Shown here one piece after another: positions 56,462-64,000 of a stretch of 64,000 nucleotides of DNA (position 1 is its first letter; every line of letters starts with the position of its first letter). The position numbers and the translations under genes were made by a program. Under the pieces are notes generated by a model that had not been told where the DNA came from, searched no databases, and worked only from the letters and a program-made list of their open reading frames with translations. The DNA is from a virus (taxonomy: Duplodnaviria > Heunggongvirae > Uroviricota > Caudoviricetes): positions 22,261 through 86,260 of the IMG/VR virus record IMGVR_UViG_3300035660_000003; one strand, 5' to 3'.

Positions 56462-56488
56462 GTATTACAATTCACAATGAAACCTCGT

Positions 56489-56504
56489 TTAATCAGTTGA
56501 TTAA
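56489..56504. repeat. palindrome variant TTAATCAGTTGATTAA
   Basis: central AGTT; paired with 56446. Confidence 0.9.
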
Positions 56505-56543
56505 TCTTTTTGGTTTAGGACTCTGGAGATTTCTTACAGACAT

Positions 56544-56891
56544 TCAATTTCTACACAGCACCCAATCTAGCCAATCATTTATGTTTTCCTTTAAATTCTT
56601 AATAAATGTCCTTTTCCCTTCTACACTCCTCATATTATCATAACGAATTGAATGCCACACCCCATCATGAATACTATTTAATATATCACAGAATAATCTT
56701 ATTCCCGCCCTAGTATAGAAAATATCCATATCTAAGATATAATGGACAACCTCATGGAATAAAGTTTTAAATCCCAATCTCTTTAACCAGATAACTTTAT
56801 TATAATATAATCCCTGAAGTGTATTACTATAAACATAATCTGAACCAGATAACTTCTGGTATTCTTCATAGTTGGTTGTTACTTTTACCAC
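56544..56891 (-). CDS. small HExxH metallopeptidase-like protein
   Basis: LFHEVVHYIL. Confidence 0.45.
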   Translation of the reverse strand: MVKVTTNYEEYQKLSGSDYVYSNTLQGLYYNKVIWLKRLGFKTLFHEVVHYILDMDIFYTRAGIRLFCDILNSIHDGVWHSIRYDNMRSVEGKRTFIKNLKENINDWLDWVLCRN

Positions 56892-57202
56892 GACGGTTCA
56901 CTTTTCGTCTTTTGTGGAATTAAGCATCTATTGTTATCAAGTCCGAACGAACTAATAAAATGAGCAATTCTGGCGGATTTGTAGTTTTTAAAAGTGATTT
57001 GCCTTCTCCAATTAACACCCCAACGATTCAAAATTCTTATGATTGTCAATTCAGTTAGTTCGTGCATCCAAAATCCACAGTTTTCCATATAATAATTCGC
57101 AACAAAAACTTTATTTTGTAAAAATGAAATTCCAGAGTCTAATGGCTTTTTTGTCCTTTCATATTTGAAAAATCTGGCATCATAATTATGTCTTATTCGC
57201 AT
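56885..57202 (-). CDS. hypothetical protein
   Basis: 105-aa ORF. Confidence 0.5.
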   Translation of the reverse strand: MRIRHNYDARFFKYERTKKPLDSGISFLQNKVFVANYYMENCGFWMHELTELTIIRILNRWGVNWRRQITFKNYKSARIAHFISSFGLDNNRCLIPQKTKSEPSW

Positions 57203-58079
57203 GTTTTTTCACCATCCTCTCTAAGTAATCCTGATAGTATTGATATAATTTTTTCTTGGGATTGGCAAATAGATGTTGTTTACATGCTTCACTAACATAT
57301 TGAGCGATTTTTGGCATGTCATCTTTTGACTGACCAGTTAATCCCGAATCGGCTTCAACCTTCGATATTGCCCCATAAACTTCATTGTCTGGCATAGGTG
57401 GATAAATTGCTTCGCCTCTAGCAATTTTTCTTTTCTCTGGTTCTGGAACGTCGAGTTTAACTTTTGCTTGAATGAGACCGCCATTAAACTCATCCCATTC
57501 AGCAAATCTTTCTGGCACTTTATAAGCCTTAATCACCATTCCCTCAATTTTCACAGCATCACAGTGTTCTAAGACGTGATTCTTGAATTTGAGCAGGTCT
57601 TTCATGCTTCGATGACGAGTTTCAGCGAACAGTTTCACGCAGGGGATGTTGTGGTGGTATGCGTGCTGGTGGACGTTCACATAGGGCAAAAATTTCGCCG
57701 AATTTTTATCATAGATGTCGAACACATACAGAATATTTCGCTCATAATTTTCAATTCCCGTCACAGACCTTCCTTTTCGACAGGCTTCAACATAAATTAT
57801 AAATTGCGGATTTTCCTTTAATAATTCAATAATTTTAGGATAATCTTCGCATTTTTTAACTAGAGTTTGTAAATCAATTGAAGCGGTTTCAAGATTTCTA
57901 CTGGATATTCTGATTTTTGATTTTTTATCAAGCCAGAGGGCTATACAAGAACCGTCACGTTTATATGTCCAAAAAAGTTTTTGTCCAAGTAGAATTCTGG
58001 GTGAGGGCTTCATCGAAATTAAAAGTGGTATGTGTGGGTATCGTTTAAAACCAATTTTTGCTTCAGATTTTCTTACCAT
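57186..58079 (-). CDS. ATP-dependent RNA ligase-like nucleotidyltransferase (Rnl-type)
   Basis: motif I YKRDGSCIALW, III FIIYVEAC, IV YVFDIYD, V IEGMVIKAYK. Confidence 0.55.
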   Translation of the reverse strand: MVRKSEAKIGFKRYPHIPLLISMKPSPRILLGQKLFWTYKRDGSCIALWLDKKSKIRISSRNLETASIDLQTLVKKCEDYPKIIELLKENPQFIIYVEACRKGRSVTGIENYERNILYVFDIYDKNSAKFLPYVNVHQHAYHHNIPCVKLFAETRHRSMKDLLKFKNHVLEHCDAVKIEGMVIKAYKVPERFAEWDEFNGGLIQAKVKLDVPEPEKRKIARGEAIYPPMPDNEVYGAISKVEADSGLTGQSKDDMPKIAQYVSEACKQHLFANPKKKLYQYYQDYLERMVKKHANKT

Positions 58080-58695
58080 CTCTGTCCCTCTTCAATAACC
58101 AAAACGCAAAATCAACGACTGAATATACATTTATATCTGTTGGTAAACTTCTATATTCCCAGCCCCATGGTTTAATTTCATATTCTCCTACAATGCGTTT
58201 AGCTAAAACTATAATTCGATTGAACTTTGCATCCATTGCCATAATTATTTTAATGAGTGGCAATTGAACACGTAAGCCATCAATGGTATGTCTCGAAAAA
58301 TGAACGTGTAATCCAGCAGTTCCATAATCGCCGTCAAGTCCAGTTGCATGAGACTTTGCAACGCCAGCATAAATATTCGCAGTTAAATCTGGGAGATTAC
58401 TATATTGATATTTTTGTCTAAGATACTCGACCCATTCTTGGTCAAGTTTCGCCCTATGTAAACATTCCAACTCTAATTTGTATTCATCGGCTTTTGCTTG
58501 ATTAATTCTATATAATTCCGCCAAATCTTGCATTAATGATTCTAATGTGGTCTGCGGAGTAGTTCTTAATTCAACCAAAAAACCAAATTCGTCATATGGA
58601 AACCCATAAAGCATTGGTTCTACAAATCTTCCAGTTACTTTATCTCTTAGAAAATATTCACGTTCAATACCTATTTTATCGATTACTTTATTCAT
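58063..58695 (-). CDS. hypothetical protein (RNA-ligase neighbour)
   Basis: 210-aa ORF, overlaps ligase start. Confidence 0.55.
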   Translation of the reverse strand: MNKVIDKIGIEREYFLRDKVTGRFVEPMLYGFPYDEFGFLVELRTTPQTTLESLMQDLAELYRINQAKADEYKLELECLHRAKLDQEWVEYLRQKYQYSNLPDLTANIYAGVAKSHATGLDGDYGTAGLHVHFSRHTIDGLRVQLPLIKIIMAMDAKFNRIIVLAKRIVGEYEIKPWGWEYRSLPTDINVYSVVDFAFWLLKRDRDGKKI

Positions 58696-59047
58696 AGTAT
58701 TCCTTGAACTCCTTCAACATTTCTTGTTGCCAATGATTTTTGAGTCTTTCAACGCCCAATTTTATGACTTCGTTCACGTCAACATCATAAAATATACATA
58801 GGAGAAACATTTGACAGAACGCATCTGAAATGTGAATCTTGGCTTCGGCGAAATAACCCAACTTATCCGTTTGGTCTGAAGTTCGCACATATTTAATCAT
58901 TGCATTGATAAAATCTCTATTACCGAATTGAGCATAAGCAATCAGACTTTGCCACACCTTCTCGAAAAACTTGGCTCTTTTATCTGGCGGCGGCATTAAT
59001 GCTCTAGCTACTTTCTGTATTTCTTCTTCAGGAATCTCAATGTTCAT
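58688..59047 (-). CDS. hypothetical protein
   Basis: 119 aa; promoter 59083-59106. Confidence 0.55.
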   Translation of the reverse strand: MNIEIPEEEIQKVARALMPPPDKRAKFFEKVWQSLIAYAQFGNRDFINAMIKYVRTSDQTDKLGYFAEAKIHISDAFCQMFLLCIFYDVDVNEVIKLGVERLKNHWQQEMLKEFKEYYE

Positions 59048-59082
59048 TAATTTAACACCTAAGAAAAATATATCGGTAAGAC

Positions 59083-59106
59083 TATTTAAAGATTGCGGTT
59101 TACCGA
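59083..59106 (-). promoter_or_regulatory. consensus BRE/TATA promoter
   Basis: ctatttaaagattgcggtttaccg. Confidence 0.55.
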
Positions 59107-59268
59107 ATGGTGACTATGAGTGGTAAAAATTGAACTGTGATTCTTCCAGTTCCTTTACAAAGAATACATAATTTAAGATTTTCATCTATACATTCACCTT
59201 TGCATAGAGGACATATTTGATATTCGAAATTGAAATCCATCATATTCTCCGTGGAAAGAAAGGGGGAT

Positions 59269-60141
59269 TTACTTGTTTTCTTCTCCTCGCTTTACCAATT
59301 TTCCGCCTTTTGGAATTTCTACTGGCATGATGAGTTTCTTCTCTTCCTCTAACATCTTTGCTTTTCTCATTTCTGCACATTTTGTGCTTGTGTATGCAGA
59401 GTCGTATATGAATTGTAGAAATTCGTCATCTAGGAATACATAGATATTTGTTATTGGTATCATGAATCCCATCCAAGTTATTATGTCCACGCCGAAACCC
59501 AGTTGTATTGCAGTTATTCTTGCTGTAATACCTATGTATTCATAAGTATCTGCCAAGAAGACTGCTCCGCCTGAGTTTCCGAATATTGAATTTGCCGTGC
59601 TCATCCAGTATTCTTTGTTCTCAATCATATCATGTTTTGCAACTAAATTTCCAAGAGTGAATATTGGTTCATGCCCAAGTGAGCATCCACATGTGACTAA
59701 TGGTCTGCCCAGTTTTATTTCATCTTCCTCAGCTTTCGGATAAAGTTTTGCAACATGTTTGAATTCATCTTCACATCTGACCTTTAGAACGGCAACATCA
59801 AAATTCTTATCCCATGCCACAATTTCAGCCTGTAAAGTAGTGCTTCCAACGCAACGACTGAGTTTCTCATACTTGAAGATTTCAACCTGAACCAGTTGCC
59901 TATCTTCAACGGTTAAGTTTCTCTGAGCTATACTCGACCATTGTGTGACAAATTGTATGGCATCCTCAACAACGTGCCAACATGTTATAACATAGCTTTC
60001 AAAAATTTCTGGATTTTCTGGAGTTGGTTTAGAATAGACAATGAGACCACTGCCGCCAGCTTTCTCGGTCCTTACCCTGACGACGGGATACATGACCTTG
60101 CGATGGATTTCCTCAATTTTTGTTTGAGTCAAGTCAACCAT
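59269..60141 (-). CDS. S1/HtrA-like trypsin-fold serine protease
   Basis: His box ITCWHVV, Ser box GNSGGAVF; promoter 60177-60197. Confidence 0.65.
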   Translation of the reverse strand: MVDLTQTKIEEIHRKVMYPVVRVRTEKAGGSGLIVYSKPTPENPEIFESYVITCWHVVEDAIQFVTQWSSIAQRNLTVEDRQLVQVEIFKYEKLSRCVGSTTLQAEIVAWDKNFDVAVLKVRCEDEFKHVAKLYPKAEEDEIKLGRPLVTCGCSLGHEPIFTLGNLVAKHDMIENKEYWMSTANSIFGNSGGAVFLADTYEYIGITARITAIQLGFGVDIITWMGFMIPITNIYVFLDDEFLQFIYDSAYTSTKCAEMRKAKMLEEEKKLIMPVEIPKGGKLVKRGEENK

Positions 60142-60176
60142 TCAATTCACCTTTAATTAGAATTAAGCCCTTCAAG

Positions 60177-60197
60177 TATTTAAGGTTTACGGTCACT
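60177..60197 (-). promoter_or_regulatory. consensus BRE/TATA promoter of protease gene
   Basis: gtatttaaggtttacggtcac. Confidence 0.55.
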
Positions 60198-60678
60198 TAT
60201 GAAAGCCGTAAATGAAGGCTATAATTTTACCGACCTTACTATTGTTATTTACATAGGAATCACAAGTGAAAAGTGGTAATTCATCTTTGCTACCCATGTC
60301 AATCAATTTGATTTCACACCTTTCGCATTCTCCATCTTGCTTACCTTCATTCCATATACAAGTTTTATTTTCGCATAGAACATTCGTTTCGAAATCCGAA
60401 TCATCATTGTCATCATCATCATCGGGGTTTTCGGGTTTATCTGGTTCTTCATCATCATCGTCTTTCTTATATTCATCTGGCACTTCATCTGGATATTTGT
60501 CATCATAAGTATCAATCATTATTGCAAAATGATAAACACAAAGATTTCTCTTGACCAACTCATAGCCGTAAGCCGTTTCCTTTCTTTCGAGAATTGTAAT
60601 AATTATTGGACGGTTCTTACCACACTCATCACAGATGGGTGTTCCTACAACATATGGTTTTGGTTTATCATCTGGCAC
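60193..60678 (-). CDS. acidic (poly-D/E) Cys-containing protein
   Basis: 161 aa with DDDDEEPDKPENPDDDDDNDD. Confidence 0.55.
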   Translation of the reverse strand: MPDDKPKPYVVGTPICDECGKNRPIIITILERKETAYGYELVKRNLCVYHFAIMIDTYDDKYPDEVPDEYKKDDDDEEPDKPENPDDDDDNDDSDFETNVLCENKTCIWNEGKQDGECERCEIKLIDMGSKDELPLFTCDSYVNNNSKVGKIIAFIYGFHK

Positions 60679-60705
60679 AATTATCCCTAATTGTATTAGG
60701 CGATT

Positions 60706-60725
60706 GTTTTATTTAAGTCTTTCGG
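60706..60725 (-). promoter_or_regulatory. TATA element
   Basis: gttttatttaagtctttcgg. Confidence 0.4.
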
Positions 60726-61180
60726 CTTTTTAAAGGTTTGGCAGGATTTCCGACCCAAGTTTCATTCGCAGGCACATTTTTGGTAACTACTGCACCACAA
60801 CCAATCATGGCATTTTCGCCTATTGTTACACCACATCTTATCGTAGCATTAGCTCCTATGCTTGCCCCTCTTTTAACCATAGTTGGAACAACATTCCATT
60901 TGTCAATGGCGATTGGATATTTGTCATTAGTAAAAACTACGTGAGGTCCAACGAAAACCTCATCTTCGATTGTAATTCCACTAGGTATGAACACGCCACA
61001 CTCAATTTTACACCTTGAACCTATTTTAACTCCTTTACCAATTTCGGTAAACGAACCTATTATGCAATTCTCACCGATTTCACATTCATAAAGATTACAA
61101 TAATGCCAAACCTTAGTATTCTTGCCAACCTTGACGTTTTTAGCGATGATTCCTTCGCCTTTCATCCATATGAGTCTCAT
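60713..61180 (-). CDS. hexapeptide-repeat (LbH) acetyltransferase
   Basis: [LIV]G..xxI hexapeptide repeats. Confidence 0.8.
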   Translation of the reverse strand: MRLIWMKGEGIIAKNVKVGKNTKVWHYCNLYECEIGENCIIGSFTEIGKGVKIGSRCKIECGVFIPSGITIEDEVFVGPHVVFTNDKYPIAIDKWNVVPTMVKRGASIGANATIRCGVTIGENAMIGCGAVVTKNVPANETWVGNPAKPLKSRKT

Positions 61181-62058
61181 TGGAATGCCTTCTTATATGA
61201 TTTCTTCAATGCTTCTTTCAAACTTGTTTTGGGTTGCCAATCAAGTATTTGTTTCGCCTTTTCAATTGATATATCTTCTTTCATTACATCGCCCTCTCTT
61301 GCTGGAATATATTTTACTCGCATGTTCTTAGCAGTTCCATTAACAATCTCGGCACACATCTCCGCCATTTCATAGATTGTATAAGATTTTCTTCCTACAA
61401 GATTGAAAATTTGGTTTTCGGCTTTAAGGGCTTTATAACAACCTTCTACTAAGTCTTCAACATAAATCCAGTTCCGACATTGACTGCCGTTTCCAGTTAT
61501 AGTGAATGGCTCATTATTGTGAGCCTGATTAAGAAATACCCACGTTGCAAGAGCAGAACGCATCTCTGGACCTACTGTCGTTCCAAATCTTAGAATCACC
61601 CATCGTGAAAGCAATTTTATAATTTCTTCGCCAGCAAGTTTTGTAACGCCATATAAATCCATTGGATGCGTCGGTCCATCTTCAGTTGATGGATGTTGAG
61701 GAGTATCGCCATATACACAGGCTGTTGATGCAAATATCATTTTAATGTTATATCGCCTACACGCTTCAGCAACATTAAACGTGCCATAAAGATTCACGGA
61801 GAATGCCTTATCTTTATATGCTCTGCAATCATCCACGTTAGCCATAGCCGCAAGATGATAACAAACATCCATTCCTTCCCAAAATTTTGCTTCTTTAAGT
61901 TTTGGATTAGTAATATCTGCTTCAATATAATCAATATCGATTTTTGGCGGACAGGTATCTAAACTTGTTACCTTATGACCAGCCGATAATAGTCGTCTAG
62001 CCAATGATGTTCCGATGAATCCTGAACCACCCGTAATCAGAATATTTAGTTTCAACAA
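61177..62058 (-). CDS. NAD-dependent sugar epimerase/dehydratase (SDR)
   Basis: ILITGGSGFIG Rossmann motif, 293 aa. Confidence 0.85.
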   Translation of the reverse strand: MLKLNILITGGSGFIGTSLARRLLSAGHKVTSLDTCPPKIDIDYIEADITNPKLKEAKFWEGMDVCYHLAAMANVDDCRAYKDKAFSVNLYGTFNVAEACRRYNIKMIFASTACVYGDTPQHPSTEDGPTHPMDLYGVTKLAGEEIIKLLSRWVILRFGTTVGPEMRSALATWVFLNQAHNNEPFTITGNGSQCRNWIYVEDLVEGCYKALKAENQIFNLVGRKSYTIYEMAEMCAEIVNGTAKNMRVKYIPAREGDVMKEDISIEKAKQILDWQPKTSLKEALKKSYKKAFQ

Positions 62059-62065
62059 TTTTTAT

Positions 62066-62914
62066 TCACCAAGAGACATACATCCCATCCTTGTTGTAAT
62101 ATTTGAATCTCATTCCATATCTTCTCAATTCGTTTTTGAATTTTTCAGTTAATTCGTTTACTCCCCCATCAATTCGTTTATCACCCAAATCGAACAATGT
62201 GCCGTCCACAAATACTTTATCTTTTACTTGAATTATCTTTTTTCGCTTCTCTTCTCTATCTAAAATGTCATTTTTGAAATGGTTAATAAACTGTTGAATT
62301 AATTCTTGGAATTCCAAATCAGAATACTTCCTTGGATAAACATTTTCTTTAATTACTTTTGCTGGCATTCCAACAGCTAAACATCCAGACGGCAAACTTT
62401 TGGTTACTACTGCTCCAGCACCAACAACAACATTGTCCTCTATTACAACATTTGGCATTATAATAGCTTTTGGACACCAAACATTATTTCCAATAGTTAC
62501 TGAACCAAACTCTATTGGAAATCCATCAAACCAATTCAAATAAGCACCGTGAGTATAAATCTTGGTTTCTTGTCCAAGACCAACTTCATTGCCAATTTTG
62601 ACTGAACGTGCTGTATTTATGAAACCGAAATCGCCAAGATGAACGAAATCTCCAATTTCCAGACTACTCAATTTTTCAAAACTTGACCCGCCACCAATCA
62701 TACAGTAACGTCCACTCCAAAACTCTTTTCCAATCTTTATACATCTTCCTTCCATAATAAAGTTGTCTCCTATAATACTTCTATCTCCTATTTCCAGAGA
62801 TTCTGAAACGTTGAAAACCACGTTTTCACCAATCATCACGTTGTCTCCCAATGTTATCTTGCCGTTATCTAGTATTTTCAGATTTCCTATTTTACATTCT
62901 TTTCCAATAATCAT
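62066..62914 (-). CDS. hexapeptide-repeat acetyltransferase
   Basis: LbH repeats, 282 aa. Confidence 0.75.
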   Translation of the reverse strand: MIIGKECKIGNLKILDNGKITLGDNVMIGENVVFNVSESLEIGDRSIIGDNFIMEGRCIKIGKEFWSGRYCMIGGGSSFEKLSSLEIGDFVHLGDFGFINTARSVKIGNEVGLGQETKIYTHGAYLNWFDGFPIEFGSVTIGNNVWCPKAIIMPNVVIEDNVVVGAGAVVTKSLPSGCLAVGMPAKVIKENVYPRKYSDLEFQELIQQFINHFKNDILDREEKRKKIIQVKDKVFVDGTLFDLGDKRIDGGVNELTEKFKNELRRYGMRFKYYNKDGMYVSW

Positions 62915-62915
62915 T

Positions 62916-63533
62916 TTACAATCGTCCCCACATTAACTCAAATGCCTCAGCCCACATTGTTTTTGCTTGCGTTCCCCGCATAACCATTTGTGCCTTTAAC
63001 CTTTCTACGGAAAAGAAATATGGTCTCCCAATCTTTTGTGACTTGTAAAGGTCTATAACTTTCAACTTTGTTGTCATATCCTCTTTTTGTAGAATTACAA
63101 AAAAGTTCGGATGAAACTCTGATGAAACGCTTCTGATAACTTCGCAACCTAAGATTGTGGACGTGTCCCTAAAAATTGTCATAACACATTCGGCAACGAT
63201 TTTATGGTCTTGATGAAAATCGTGAATTGACGGACATAGAACTAGATTTGGATTTAATCTTTCTCTAATCTGATAGAGAATGTCTCTTATTTGTTGTTTA
63301 TGATTCTCCAGATAATCATCACTAGGCATTAATCCCTCAAAACACAGCGTTATTCCAAGATGTTCACATACTACATGGTGGTCTTCAAGATGTCCAACGT
63401 TTTTTGGGTCTGAAGTGCATGGACAAAAATACATTGAGTAAACTTCATGACCTTCACGTTTCAGTCTTGCAATTGTTCCGCCACATGAAACCTCACAGTC
63501 GTCCGTATGGGCATCAACAATTAGAACACGCAT
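62916..63533 (-). CDS. PIG-L/LmbE-family N-acetylglucosaminyl deacetylase-like
   Basis: LIVDAHTDDCEVSCGGT. Confidence 0.7.
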   Translation of the reverse strand: MRVLIVDAHTDDCEVSCGGTIARLKREGHEVYSMYFCPCTSDPKNVGHLEDHHVVCEHLGITLCFEGLMPSDDYLENHKQQIRDILYQIRERLNPNLVLCPSIHDFHQDHKIVAECVMTIFRDTSTILGCEVIRSVSSEFHPNFFVILQKEDMTTKLKVIDLYKSQKIGRPYFFSVERLKAQMVMRGTQAKTMWAEAFELMWGRL

Positions 63534-63652
63534 TTATCATCATTCCTCTTCATAATCAAACCGCCATTTATTCCTATTACTTGACCAGTTATATATCCAG
63601 CTAGGTAATAAAGTTTTCGGTTTTGGTTTTTTATATAAGTAATAACTTGCTC

Positions 63653-64000
63653 TCATTTTTGCTTTACCTTCTTTATGATTTTAGCTGGAATTCCAACAGC
63701 TATACTATATGGCGGAATACTTTTTTGAACTAAACTGAATGCTCCTATTATGGAATGATGACCTATTTTGATTGATTTATTATTGTTTGGAATTATTTTT
63801 GCAGATGAACCGATGAAAACGTGGTCGCCAATCGTAATGGGAGCAACGATTTTGTCTCCAATTTCCACACATCTAAGATGGGTGCTATGGTCTAAAATCA
63901 TAACCATATCAGAAATATCGCACCATTTTCCAATTTTTATTGGAGCATTCTGTCCTTGAATTTCAACCCAACTTCCTACCCATGTTTCTTCACCTATAGT
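63653..64000 (-). CDS. hexapeptide-repeat acetyltransferase, N-terminus beyond window
   Basis: frame stays open past ORF 63653-63907 to the window end. Confidence 0.7.
   Translation of the reverse strand, partial: TIGEETWVGSWVEIQGQNAPIKIGKWCDISDMVMILDHSTHLRCVEIGDKIVAPITIGDHVFIGSSAKIIPNNNKSIKIGHHSIIGAFSLVQKSIPPYSIAVGIPAKIIKKVKQK

Noticed and set aside
8393-56504. The palindrome copies as a CRISPR array
   Set aside because: Copies are perfect palindromes at irregular spacing of 40 nt to several kb with genes between them. There is no direct-repeat/spacer periodicity and no cas genes.
60361-60480. GAT/GAC-rich DNA as a microsatellite
   Set aside because: It is in frame and simply encodes the poly-Asp/Glu segment of protein 60193-60678.
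1-64000. rRNA or canonical tRNA genes
   Set aside because: None detected; GC-rich patches are short and lack cloverleaf or rRNA signatures.

Overview
This is an AT-rich (~33% GC), gene-dense window with archaeal-type expression signals. A BRE/TATA promoter consensus (minus-strand reading AACCGCAAAGTTTAAATA; on the plus strand it appears as tATTTAAACtTTGCGGtt) recurs upstream of operons. First genes are leaderless or nearly so, internal genes carry GGTGAT-type Shine-Dalgarno sites, and ATGA stop/start overlaps are the rule.

Gene polarity is extreme. Nt 1-7230 is a plus-strand block of large structural-like proteins. From 7.8 kb to the window end almost everything is on the minus strand. Between the two blocks sits a ~420-nt GC-rich, ORF-free island that looks like a structured RNA.

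Content suggests a large archaeal virus or virus-like extrachromosomal element. I cannot name the family. Identified genes include:
- A MoxR AAA+ ATPase paired with a vWA protein.
- A RecA-superfamily ATPase, a P-loop ATPase, and a minimal ATP-dependent DNA-ligase nucleotidyltransferase.
- An Rnl-type RNA ligase and a free-standing Top6A/Spo11-like protein.
- A homolog of ribosomal protein uL16 (L10e).
- A papain-like C1 protease, a dual-specificity phosphatase, an SPFH protein, an S1 protease and a metallophosphoesterase.
- A GT2 glycosyltransferase plus a sugar-modification cluster (acetyltransferases, epimerase, PIG-L deacetylase).
- Nine nuclease genes in all: seven paralogous HNH, one HTH-HNH and one LAGLIDADG.

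The two most striking findings:
- There are 36 small, otherwise unrelated proteins, many with paired CxxC zinc ribbons, that all end in the heptapeptide K-V-K-V-[I/M]-L-[I/V]. The codons for this tail also supply the Shine-Dalgarno site and start codon of the next gene. They lie in head-to-tail arrays.
- A perfect 16-bp palindrome, TTAATCAATTGATTAA, is present in about 30 copies. It occurs only in intergenic DNA and brackets operons and single nuclease genes.

No CRISPR array, rRNA or canonical tRNA was found.
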